Below are positions 1-12,158 of a stretch of DNA of 64,000 nucleotides, piece by piece (the stretch's first letter is position 1; each line of letters starts with the position of its first letter). The notes under the pieces were generated by a model. That model saw nothing but the letters and a program-made list of their open reading frames with translations. It had not been told where the DNA came from and did not search any database. A program made the position numbers and the translations under genes. The DNA comes from Auanema rhodensis (taxonomy: Eukaryota; Animalia; Nematoda), in assembly GCA_964057225.1 (NCBI GenBank), contig OZ059894.1:9548001-9612000 (forward strand), read 5' to 3'.

Positions 1-3000
1 AGATACGACTCAACTCCTCTATCCTATTTTTCTCTCTCTTTCTCTCTCTCATCAACTTCTAACTTTCTTTATCACCTATACTCTCTATGTTATTCTGTCT
101 CTCATGTTTCACCTTTTCACCTCTCTCTCACCCTCCCCGTACATCTTTTCACACTCTTTCTTTCTCTACCATTTTCCCAACCCTCTCTCTCTATTTCGTT
201 TTTTATCTTTTCTACTACTTTCTGTAAATCCTCCCTCAATTTCTTTTCAGGACATGATGATAGTTACACTGTTTTTACTAAGAAAATGAATGAAGGCAAA
301 AAAATGTTCTGAAGAGATAAACGAGAGACGGAGCATAATAGAAGCAATTTTTGGGTTCTACAGAGTATCAAACTCAATACCAATATATAAATTTTCTCTT
401 CTTCTCTGTAATGAGAGTTTTCTTTTGTATTTTTCAAACCTTTTCTACCTATCTATACGAGTTTAGATAGGTATTTCAACTTTCTCATTTTCATCTTAAA
501 CTTGATACGATCAAGTTTTCTCGAATCACCAGAAGACTCTCCATCCACTTACTATACTATTCCACCCCGATTTACTGAGCAATTTAAGATAATTGAACAA
601 CATTCCCTGTCATAACATATGTTTCTCATTAGTTCTTCGACTTCAGATTCGGCTTGCACAGTGTTTCTGTCTGCCAATTTGAAATATCAGAGAACATTAC
701 AACTGCCCGTTTTTCTTCGTAAGCTGGATGTCTTGCGGGGGACATGCGATAGCAATCGTTTTCGTTAGTATGCATTTGTGTTGAAGACACCAAGACAAAA
801 AGAAAATCTAGAGATATTGATGGAAAGAGCAGAGGAAAATCAGCCGATCTCTGCTACAGCCAGCTAGCTTCTCTTCCTTTAAGCATATGTATGAGTTCTG
901 GCATACCGCGTCATCTGTTCTGGATTACATCTTCTTACTTCAGAAGTCAGCCTCCTCCTTCTTCTTATTCTGGCTCCACATTTAACATCTCCAGATCTCC
1001 CCCTTGTTCTATTCATCACTATCTCTCACTCTCTCTTCCCACACCTCTCAATCTCTCATTGACATTTCACGCTCATTCATATTCTTTCCTTCTGGATTTC
1101 AATAGTTCGTTTCGATCGAGAAAAGATATGAAATAAGGATATCAAACTGATAGACAACTAAATCTTCTTGTAAAAAGATTTCAACATTCTACATCAGAAA
1201 ATGTTGCTCACTGTCTCGAATCTTCCGCTCTTCGTAGGTTTATTATGATAGAAGCCTGTTCTTACTATGTCGCTCTCTCTCTATATCTCTCTGTATTGCT
1301 TGCTCTCTCTCCATCTTAATTACTCTCTTGCTCAGTCTTTCCAGTTCATTCTTTACTTATGCTTTATTCTCTCTCCCCCCCCCCGCTTCACGTTCAGATG
1401 GTATGAGATCACTTGCTGATAACACGATAGTGAGAATGCTCTTAAGGAATATTCATAATGAGTATATCTATTGAATCAACACTACTATCGAGCCAAAAAA
1501 CCTCGTGGTCTTCTGAAGAAAAGCATGGTATGTGTCGTGAAAAATCTAAATTTGGGATAAAAACCGGAAGCAATAAAGACATTAAGATACATCTTGAAAT
1601 ATGAATGAATAGATAGGAATGTAATTATTTGTAATTTATCAATCAAGCTGAACATCATCATGGGTAACTGATTTATTTCTTTGTTATTTTCAAAAAAAAA
1701 AACAAAGTAAAAACAACGAAATATCTTGGCATAAACATGCTGTCAACAAACTTTATGTGATATTACTTTGAAGTACATCTGTTTAGCTGTTCTATAGCTC
1801 CACTAAAAACTTTGACAAACTATAGATAAAACTTGAATCATTACAGATTTATGCTTAAAATCTCTTATAAAGAATATTGTTATTAATATGTGTTCGTTCT
1901 TTAAATCTTTCCAATACTTATGTAATCAAGACCATAATAGATGGACGACAATTTTGCCATTAAAGGTATAATCAAGAAGCTGTTTTATGATTTCTTCTTT
2001 TGCTGTCACTTTTCACTTATAAAGAAATAATATAAGGAACAAATAAAAAGCATTTTAAGCTATAAAAATGAAATATAAAATGATTAGAGAAGTTAGAGAT
2101 GGCTATGAGCACGTGGAAACTCTTCAAAATCATCAGTAGTTTCATCACATAATTAAGAAAATGAAAATTATTGCTTTTGAATTCTTATCTCATATCAAGC
2201 CATTTGACTAACTTTTTAGTATTATTGGTACAAATGAGCACCAGATTCTCCAAAAACTAATAAGAGCACAGTATGCTACAGTTCTCTCTTTGCTCATTTT
2301 CAAATTCATTTTCGCCGTGAGCGGTTGCATTCGTATGAGTATGAATGGCTGAAGCAGCGCAGCAGCAGCAGCAGTGTTTTGAACTGAATGAAGAATAACT
2401 TTACATGAACCATTTTCATTTAAAATAGTTGACATTCCTTTTGTGAAGATAAATATAGAATTTTCTAGTTAATCTGATTATAAATTGAAATTATCAAGAT
2501 AATATGAAGAAATGTCGATTGAATGAATAAACCTATGCTGTTAATGAGCTGACAAATCAAACAGCTTAATGCTTTCTCAAATCAAAAACTATAAACTAAT
2601 AATTCTTTATAATGAGCTCTTAGTGAGTTTAAATTATCAAACTGATTAATAATGATCAGTGAACGTATAGAAAAAAGAAAAATTGAAAATGACTTAATGG
2701 CAACTTATCCCATAAAAAAGTAATAACTTGAATGAATCATTCACTCACACCATATAGTATTTTCTAATTTTATTTTGATTTTCAAATAGCCATAAAGATA
2801 AAGTTCTATTTGAATTTTACAAAAAAAAGTTTATTTTTATTTTCGTCTCTCTCTCTCTCTCTCTTTATACTCTTTCTCTCGTTTTCTTTTAGATTATCTT
2901 GTTTAGATCTTCAGCTCCTTCTCCTATATTCATTGATACTTTTTTTTATTTTGAATGTGTTGTTTGTTCGAAACTTTAGAACTTGATCTCTCAAGACAAT

Positions 3001-3372
3001 AACAACAACAACAACAATAATAAACAAAAAATATTCTTCCTGAATTGATTGATCAAATTGATCTTACAAATAAAAAAAATTCATTTTCATCTGTTGCTTG
3101 ATCTGCTGATGTTTTGTGTTTTTCGTTTTGTTGAAAAAGATAAAAGGAGAGTTAAATCAAATAAATTTTTTTCTTTAAAGTCATATACATAGAGATATAT
3201 AGTTAATGAGATCAAACAGCTAGTTAGATTATGTCAGCATCGAATTATATGTTTGAGTCCTTGAAGTAGAAGATGTTGTTGATGTTGTTGTGGCTATCGT
3301 GAAGCTAATATCCATCAGAATTGCTTAGAATATAATGGAATATAGGTACGATGAAATAGTTAAGGCTGTTGT

Positions 3373-3633
3373 CTATCCTGGACGATAAGCTGATCCAGTT
3401 CCTGTACCATTTTCAACAATTTCTTTCATTATTCGCTCGAGTGCTTGAAGATCTCTCTTTGGTCGAGCTAGAAATGATGAAATAAATTGACGAATTCAAA
3501 GGAAAAACAAGGAAAAAAAGAAAAATTTAAATGATTAAATGAAAATTGACTTACCATCAACAGACACTGATAGTACAAGAATCAATAAGCTGAATAATAA
3601 GATGAATGATAGAAGGCTGTTTTGACGAAACAT
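3373..3633 (-). CDS. Small secreted peptide precursor A (57 aa), C-terminal YRPG (predicted YRP-amide)
   Basis: Exons 3633-3555 and 3467-3373 joined by a phase-1 gtaagt...tttctag intron give MFRQNSLLSFILLFSLLILVLSVSVDARPKRDLQALERIMKEIVENGTGTGSAYRPG*: signal peptide, KR site, terminal Gly amidation signal. Confidence 0.85.
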
Positions 3634-4244
3634 TGTTGAATTAACGCTAAGCGACGGTAATAAATCCAAATATAGCAATGAAAACAGCAAGTAATGAGTT
3701 TGTGTTGATGTTAGATGTAGTTCTCAGGTTTATGAGTTAGAGCTTGTAGCTTGATGCTAGCAAAGCCTTGTTAAGTCAGGAAGTGACAGCCACCAATCAG
3801 TGGAGGAAGGTCTTTGAAGCTAAGAGAGCGAACTGTGATGGTTCAACTATCAGCCGGGCCATTCCTTATAAACTTCATGCCTTATCAGGACAGAAATAAT
3901 TTGAATTCCTCTGTCATAATGTCGTAAATATCTACACGAAACTACTGTTATCTGTTCAATGATTTGTGACTTACCAACTGAAATTCTTCTTCAACAAACT
4001 AGATTATCAGACAAATCAGATGAATGTCATCAAATCACTCAGTTAATAAGCTTTTCCAGTACTACAAACTTGAATTTAAACTTTTTTTCAATCAAATGAT
4101 TGTTTATTTGACTTTTTTTGATGTAATTTTCAGAAAGTTTTTCGTTTGTATGTTGCAACTAAAGAACATTCATAATAATCAAAACTGTTATCTATACAGT
4201 ACGGTATTTATGAAAACTGCTATACTAATGGATTGGCTACAAAG

Positions 4245-4248
<4 letters not shown>

Positions 4249-4284
<36 letters not shown>

Positions 4285-4290
4285 TCTCTC
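4249..4290. repeat. (TC)n microsatellite
   Basis: Near-perfect dinucleotide run between the two peptide genes. Confidence 0.9.
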
Positions 4291-4708
4291 TTTTTGTATT
4301 TCCAATTTCTCCTGAACGAAACTTAGTAATTCTTACTTACAACTTTCTTATTTCTTCAAACACAACAAATGATATAAACTTTAAAGTTTCTGACATCAAA
4401 AACGTGAAAACATGTTTGTTGTGAACGTGGGAGTTGACTAAATACTAAAAACTAATTTTGTTTGTTAGTAATGAGTAAACTAACAGTAATTGTGTTTATT
4501 AATATCTGCAATTTCTTCATATATGAAATTCTTTTTAAAAATTCTTTAGATATCTTTTGAAATATTATTTATTTTATAACAAGAAGACATATAAATATAG
4601 GAATATAATAGATAATTGAGATCATATTTGGTTAATTATGTGATTGAGTATCATATAATCTCTGCTATCCTCTTCATTCTTCATCCAAAATACACACATA
4701 TCTCACAT

Positions 4709-4939
4709 CTATCCTGGACGATATTGTAATTGATCTCTCTTGTTATCCATTAAGCCATGCAATAAGTTTGTTAAAATCTTTTTCTCTGTTGGTGCTGCTG
4801 AAACTAAAATTCAAATAAAATAAGTTGGTTAGCATAAGCTATACATATTATTAATATTTTTTAATTTATACTAACCATTTGTTGTGAAAATAGTTATAAT
4901 GATGAGAGTGATAATGAAGAAAAGTATAGTTGAATTCAT
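4709..4939 (-). CDS. Small secreted peptide precursor B (50 aa), C-terminal YRPG; paralogue of A
   Basis: Exons 4939-4876 and 4797-4709 joined by a phase-1 gttagt...tttcag intron give MNSTILFFIITLIIITIFTTNAAPTEKKILTNLLHGLMDNKRDQLQYRPG*. Same intron position as A and identical last 15 nt (TATCGTCCAGGATAG). Confidence 0.85.
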
Positions 4940-5201
4940 CTTCCAATCAAAACTCAGATGCTGCTCCTGCTCTTCTTGTTGCACACAAGATCAAGTAAGT
5001 AGAACTCAAAGCTGTTCCTAATACGGTAGTGGGGTTGATTCAAAGAAAATATTAGCTCCTCGTGTAAATGAGAACTGACTGGCCGTTCAGTCTGTCACAG
5101 AATATCTTTTCAATATCATTTTATCAGTATTTAGTATTTCTTCCTCTGTCTTTCTCTTTATCTATTTTGCTCCTTTTGCTATTTTTCTCAATAGTTCTTT
5201 T

Positions 5202-5205
<4 letters not shown>

Positions 5206-5282
<77 letters not shown>

Positions 5283-5290
5283 CTTTCTCT
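5206..5290. repeat. (TC)n microsatellite
   Basis: About 58 bp perfect run plus a degenerate flank. Confidence 0.95.
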
Positions 5291-7418
5291 TTCAAACTCT
5301 ATCAGCGTTCTATTTGTGTCTCAAGAAGAATTTGTTAAGAGCACTTGTACACTACAGTCATTTCAGCATTAATCTGTTGTAATGTTGCATTTCACACCAT
5401 TTTCGTCGAAATAATCGTCCAATCGTAAGTTGATTTCACGCAAAAATAGGTGATAACATGAAAATTTTGGTAGCAGATAATGGATTAGAGAAAAGAAAAA
5501 AACAGTCAATAAGCTATCATCATGTACTGAAAAACAATTATTTAACATTTTTATTTCAGAAACAATCCGTCTGATTCTGATAAGAGTAAATCAAGTGCAA
5601 TTCATTAAAACCATATCGTTGCTACTCAAGCTTTTCATTTTTCGCTCTACGAATTTCGAATATACAGTTCAGCTTATATGCCTACAGCTGTTAACAAGCA
5701 AATTGCTAAGCTGAGTGGAATCATGTGAACTAAAAGCACTTCACAAGCTCTAAGTTGGTATCAGAAATGTACTTTCATGCTTTGGTTGAACTATGGGATT
5801 ATGAAACTATTCATTCTTATATGATATACCTTTCAAAAGTGAATAGAAAGGGAGAGAGAGAAGGAGGGAGAGAGAGAGAAAGAGAGAGAGAGAGAGAAAG
5901 AGAGAAATAGCAATATAGACTCAGTGGTCAACTCATTCACTCTCTCGCATATTATGATGTATAGTCCAAAAAGAAGTATATCAGCCTACTGTAGTCTTGC
6001 AAATTTTATTTATTACAAGATAAAAAACTCGATACGAACTGTATTTCATCTAGATGATGACTTGTGTACGCAACTGAGCTCTGTCCAGTTAATGACCCAT
6101 AAAATTGCCTCAGGCCATGCATCTGCTGCTTCTCTCTAAAAGTAAATTTGAGCAGGCAAAACTACACTTGGTTGTTAGAGTGATGTCACATTCTTTTGAT
6201 CTTCTATCTTTGTTTTTTGTCATTGTTTCTAAAATCTCCAATAGATTGCATGATGTATGTGCGCGTGCTTACAATAGCAGTACCCGTAAAGAGGCTGCTA
6301 TTGGCGCCGAACTGTCCAATTAAGCTGATGACATCATGCTGCTAATTACAGCATATTTTTATATTTAATGTCAATTTTTAGTAACAATTGAATCAGCTTA
6401 ATCAGTAAGTTGGCAAATGAGGCTATTACATAGATTATCATCTCCAGAGAGAAAGAGAATGAAAACATAAGTTGTTCATAAGAAAACTAACAAACATTAT
6501 TCTTGAAAATTATTTGTTTAGTTAACTATATACATATATTTAAGAAATATTTTTAATGAATGACTCATGAATGAAAATCTATATAAATCTATGTTATGAA
6601 CTAAATTATATAAGTATATATACTATATTATTTGATTTAACCTTCATGCCCATAATACTTATGATTATCAAAAACGAAAAATGTAATAATGCTTGAATAG
6701 TTCTGATAAGCCTTTCTAATCGTAAACAAGCCGACATGTCCAAGACAGAACTGCCAGAAGCAGCTCTGCTCAGCTCTAACCATCACGTACTCATGACCGA
6801 GAAACGTTAAGCAATTGCCGGTTCATGCATACCTATCTATCTTCGTGAACACGGACTCATCATGCCTTAACTATCTGTTTAAGCTTTCAACATATGACCT
6901 TAAAACCCGGAACAAATGGTAGCAAAAAAAAAACTTTTTTTCGTTAAAAATTAGAGAATTTCAATGAAAACTTCATTCAAAGACGACAACTATCTGGCTA
7001 CTGGCTGAGAGTTGGCAGGATGGCAAAGGATTAGCATAATCACGATAACGATCTTCAACTTCAAACAGGAGCTAAGTCATACGCATGTGTATGTAATAAG
7101 CAATTGAGATGAGTAAGAAGAGCAGAAAAATGATATGACTGGTAGTTATCATTTGGTCAGATTGATGACTACACTCTAAGATATACGTATACATTGATGT
7201 ATATAGATGTATTCGTCTCATAAATCAAGTACTCTTTTCTCTTTCAAATTTCTAAAGAAAGAATGAATAGATGAAAGCTTTTCATATAATATTCATATAT
7301 AATCATTAGAATTTTAAAACTCTTCATAGTCTTAACAGTGATGTTGTAGTGATTACTTATACATTTCTTTTCATTTCATATGAACAAATGATATAAGCTG
7401 TTAATCCGATTTATCTAG

Positions 7419-7942
7419 TTACATTCACAAGAATGTGCGTTGGAGAGAAAAGAACTTTGTCCTGTTTCAAACATATTAGATAGTAACCACCTTCTATTCT
7501 CCTTCTATCTCACTTAATATTCTCATTTTTAAACTTAATTATCAAAAAGAAAATGACATAAAGGGTTATTTCAAAAATAAGAATTGATTATAAAAAATAT
7601 AAATAAATAAATATAAATAGAATAGAATTAATACAATCAAATTACTGACAAACTTTACCCTAAACCCACACATACAACCGTTTCATGCATTACAAAAAAT
7701 TAAAATGAATATTCCAATTTTTCCATTTCCACGTGTCACAACAACATTTGCATATTATGCTAATTTCTTTTTTTCTTCTCTACCAAGTTAATCGCATCAA
7801 CATCGTAGACTATGGAAATATGGATAGTAAGGTTAAACAGTTTTCCGTATTTCGTTCAAGTGTTAACAGTCAGATGAAATGTTTTTGTGCGGGAACAGAT
7901 GGATGTAACAGCAAAATAGCAGCAGCATCATTAGAATATTAG
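7419..7942 (+). CDS. Possible terminal exons of a Ly6/three-finger-like Cys protein (5' part not found)
   Basis: Putative exons 7419-7482 and 7788-7942 join in phase 1 to give LHSQECALERKELCPVSNILDINRINIV...MKCFCAGTDGCNSKIAAASLEY*. CxCxxxxxCN resembles the three-finger C-terminal motif. Strong pyrimidine tract before 7788. Confidence 0.35.
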
Positions 7943-8916
7943 TTGAAAACCATAGAGTTCCGACGAAACTTTTTCAAACAAAGTATTTCGAATCAATAAG
8001 TGAATATATTACTACTTACGTAGATATTTTATAATTTATTTTTTTATATAATATATTTAACTTTTCTTTTTTTTTTTCATATTGTGTGGTCTTATGGGAT
8101 TTTTGTAGTAAAACTATATCTTTGCCTCCTTACATCATCCTCTCTTCTTTCCTTGTTTCCTCCCTAGAGATGGAACTAAATTGACAATTATAAACTGAAT
8201 GGTGGTTTTCTCTTTTCTTTTTCCTTTTTTTTGGTTAAAGTTGAAGTTTTTTGTTTTGTTTTGTTTTTTTTTCATATAAAGTTTGTATAAGTTCAGAATA
8301 ACATTGGAGAAATATATATATATGCATGCAACCCTATTGCTTTAGATGATTTGCTTGTCAACCTTTTATAACCTAAGAGATAGTAATTTGAGTAATTTAT
8401 CTGACCATAGGTTATGTTCATATCTCTCATAACTATATGTATATTTATAAATATTATATATTGTAGGTCGACATTCTATTTCTAAGTTTTAACAACAAAG
8501 TACACACACACTCACACATACCTATATATACCTTATTTCATATAGTCCTCATTAAATTTTTTTATTTATATCATTAGTAATAATTAATTTCTCTCTCTCT
8601 CTATCTCTCTCTCTCTCTCTATCTCTCCCCCTCCCTCCCTCCCACCTTCTCTCTCTTTGAACTAACTTTTATGAAAGATTTTTCATAATATATTTTGTTT
8701 TTATAGTTAAATATATATGTGTAGCTTAAATTTCTTCTTTTTTTTTTCAAAATTCATTTCTCTGCTTTTGTTGTCGTAGTCGTCGTTGTTATGTTGTATT
8801 GTACTCTGCAAAAAAAAAAGTTATTTCACCCTTTTTTCAGATATATAAAGGATTTAATAATCAAATATCTTATTAGTTTTATTAACTATACTTATATATA
8901 AGATTTATATGTCTTT

Positions 8917-9709
8917 ATGGATACTATATTTGGGACTGAATCTTCACTAGAAGGTATCAGACAACGGAATCGATTTAATCAAATCACCAAAGGATTAACA
9001 GAAGATGAAATTGAAGGTTCGTTTTTCCTCTCATGTTCTTTGAAATTATATTAAATTTTTGTTTGTGAATTATCAAAATTATTATTCTATATATCTATAT
9101 ATAGTTATAGTAATTTGTTTTTCTAGTTTATGCTACTGTACAACGACTTGTCCTCACAATCGACCATATGGAGCAGTTTGAGAAGAGAGTTGAACTAACT
9201 ACACGCATGTTACGTGATAAAGGTATTTGAAAATATTTTTTTTTATTTGAGAATATTATGGAAAAGAATCTTTTTTTTCCAGATTACAGAGGATTAGATC
9301 GCATGTTTCCTAAAGGCAAAAAAGACAAAAGAGCTGGTTAGTTGTATATATATATATATATATTTGATTTCTCTGAATATACCTTATAACATACTGATTT
9401 ATCTATATATATTTCTTGAATTTCAATATAATTCTGTGTTTTCAGCTCTAGAAAAGCGTCGAACATCAAAACGATTATCAAATGCTCAATATGATTGTAA
9501 TTCACCTCCATCATCATCATCCACATCATCATCTGGTTCTTCCTCACCTATATTTGGTAATAATTAATATAATTATAAATATTTTTAATTTATATTATTA
9601 TAAAAATTATAAATTAACGTATTTATATTCAGAATCATCATCGCCGCTGGTCGGAATAGCTGTCGGAGGTGCAGTACGAAACGGGCCAAAAGTTGGAAAA
9701 GTTAAATGA
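8917..9709 (+). CDS. Hypothetical protein, 5 exons, N-terminus uncertain
   Basis: Four consecutive phase-1 GT-AG introns give an open frame MDTIFGTESSLEGIRQRNRFNQITKGLTEDEIEVYATVQRLVLTIDHMEQFEKRVELTTRMLRDKDYRGLDRMFPKGKKDKRAALEKRRTSKR...(Ser-rich)...GPKVGKVK*. Confidence 0.75.
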
Positions 9710-10417
9710 TTGGACCACAAACTTTATTGTGTTTTCCATTCCATTATGTGCTTCATCTTCTACCATTACATTCATTCATTCATTTCTGCTTTATATTGAT
9801 CTCATCTGATTCCTGGAGAAATTAAATTTTTTTTACAAGAAATACGTAAATGTTAGTATGAGAGTACAACCCCTTTTCGCACTTTTGCACACAAAAACGA
9901 AAATGATCATCTGAACAGCTTGTAAACGATGCTGTTATCTGCAAAATTTGTATGAAAACGACTTCAAAATTTGAGAAAATAATACAATTTAAACAAAATG
10001 AAAACAAACAAAAGTGTGTGTGTTGTATGTATGTATGCATATAAGGTATTATTATTGAAATTTTATACAAAACAATGAAAGCTAGAAAGATTGAATGATA
10101 ATCATATAATCAATTAAACTTTAACTATATGATATACATCGATAACACATAATTAACAGTTTTTAGAAATATATTATTATTGAGAAAGTGAATGTATGTA
10201 ATGAATAGAAATGGAAATGAACCAGATGTCTGGCTGGCTACGCAGTTCACGCAAATAAAATTTATTTTCTTTCCAGAATATCTTAAAGATACTAAAGATA
10301 ATCCAGAGTATTAATCAGAATTTTGATTATATGAATAAAAAGTTTTTTTTACGACCCGTAAAAATGGAAAATAAGAACAAAAAAAGAATTGAATATACTA
10401 TATGAAGTGAGATATAT

Positions 10418-10419
<2 letters not shown>

Positions 10420-10456
<37 letters not shown>
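10420..10456. repeat. (GA)n microsatellite
   Basis: Perfect dinucleotide run. Confidence 0.95.
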
Positions 10457-10458
<2 letters not shown>

Positions 10459-11947
10459 GGCTGATCAAGAATATGCTTAAGCAAACTTAGTGGACAATAA
10501 ATTTTATGTTTCTGATAGAATAGTGCACGTTATGGACAATTTTTCAAGTTTCTTCACCTAAGACAGATGAAAGTGGCCGCTAAAATTTTGGTGGAAAAGC
10601 AACAGAAAATTTAAAAATGATCGTAAAAATGTTAATTTGCGTTGTTCTTTTAAAGACACAAAAATGCGGTTGCGAGTGTAGTTTTTGACGTAATCAACTA
10701 AAAATCATTTTTCGAATTCTGATGGAGTCCTCTGCTAATCATGTTAGAACACCATTTTCGGTATTTCTTTTAATTCAAGTTGAAGTACAAATTGAAAAAA
10801 AAGAGATTTTATAGAATTGTGTGAGAAACATGCGTTACGATTTGAACTGTTTTAAAATAAAATAAGGAAGATGATGATGATAATGAAGACGATGAAATGA
10901 AATTCAAAAATTAAAAGAAAGTTGTGTGGTTTAACATGAATCCGTAACACGATTATTTGAAAATAATTTGACGAAATGATCAATCTACATATACAGCTGG
11001 CCATACAAATAGAAAATACTGAATCTGAAGCTTGACCGCCGCTTGTTCATCATTTTTGGAGTTTTGTTTGAAATTGAGATCAAACACTTTGATTGGGGTG
11101 AGACCTTCATCATCATCAACACCAGCATTCAATCACTAACATCATCATCATCGTTCATATTGAGAACGATATGACGTTGTCACAGAGACTAGGTGGGCTG
11201 TGGAAAGCAAAACACCGAGTATGATTCTTTGCTTTTTTCATTTTTTTCATAAATTGTCTCAACACTGTTTAACAGCTACATATTTCGCTGAACAACTGAA
11301 CGTCTTGTGATTGTAAGTGATTTTCTGGTGAAAATCTTCTGAATAAATTGAATAAAAACCATGGAGAGATGTGATTGAGAGGCTAAATGCTTGAAATGAC
11401 AAATCGCTTATTTCATTCAGATCATATGCCGGTCTTCAGTTTATTTGTCCTTTTTTTGCCGTCTTTTTGACCTAGAAGCTAATACTGGTTTCATCAAACA
11501 CTGGCGCCATGTCTCGTCTGCTCCGGATTGGAACAATAGGCTTGTAGACAACAAGCGACGTAGATGTAAGGTGATGCCCTTTCACGTCAACGCACTTCAT
11601 CTGGATCTGATCTCGTCCATCATATTGTCTATCCGTTCTGTTCTTTACTTCATCTTTTTAACATCACGTTGCTGGTTTCTCGCGCCTGTTAATCAAATCC
11701 AGACCTCCATTTCGCCTTTTCCGATTTATCGCCCTTTTTCCTTGAGAAATATCTCTATCCCCTTACTCTCTCTAGCTTTCCCCTTCCGTTTTTTCTCTCA
11801 TTTATCACCGAAGATAGCTTAAATGATTCTTCTTTTCTACGTTTATTCCAACTGGTGTGCATCCAGAGAGTCTCTATCTACTTGTTTCAAGGAATAGAGG
11901 CAAGTGGAAGTGTCCCTGCTGGACCGAAATCCAAACTTTCTTCTAAT

Positions 11948-11991
11948 GGGTCATTAAACCATTTGGCGCCGATAAGCCATCACATATAAAA
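11948..11991 (+). promoter_or_regulatory. Putative core promoter of the collagen gene
   Basis: GGGTCA half-site (11948), GATAAG (11971) and TATAAAA (11985) lie within 45 bp, about 170 bp upstream of the ATG. Confidence 0.5.
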
Positions 11992-12158
11992 ACTTGTGGA
12001 GATCCGATGTCTCAACTATTTAGATCTGTGAAATGCCCTCAGGTTGTTGTGCCCATCTGAGTACCGTATCCATCGCTTAATTTCAACGTTTTCTTATGCT
12101 TTTAAATTATATATTTGTTATTTGAACTGCTAGTTATCTAAATATTTTGATTTTAGCA

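Noticed and set aside
2208-2435. 75-aa minus-strand ORF downstream of the peptide pair, considered as a third paralogue
   Set aside because: No signal peptide, no YRPG end, no splice support.
4024-5382. ORFs with SLSLSL runs (also at 14098, 26331, 56269)
   Set aside because: Translations of (CT)n microsatellites, not proteins.
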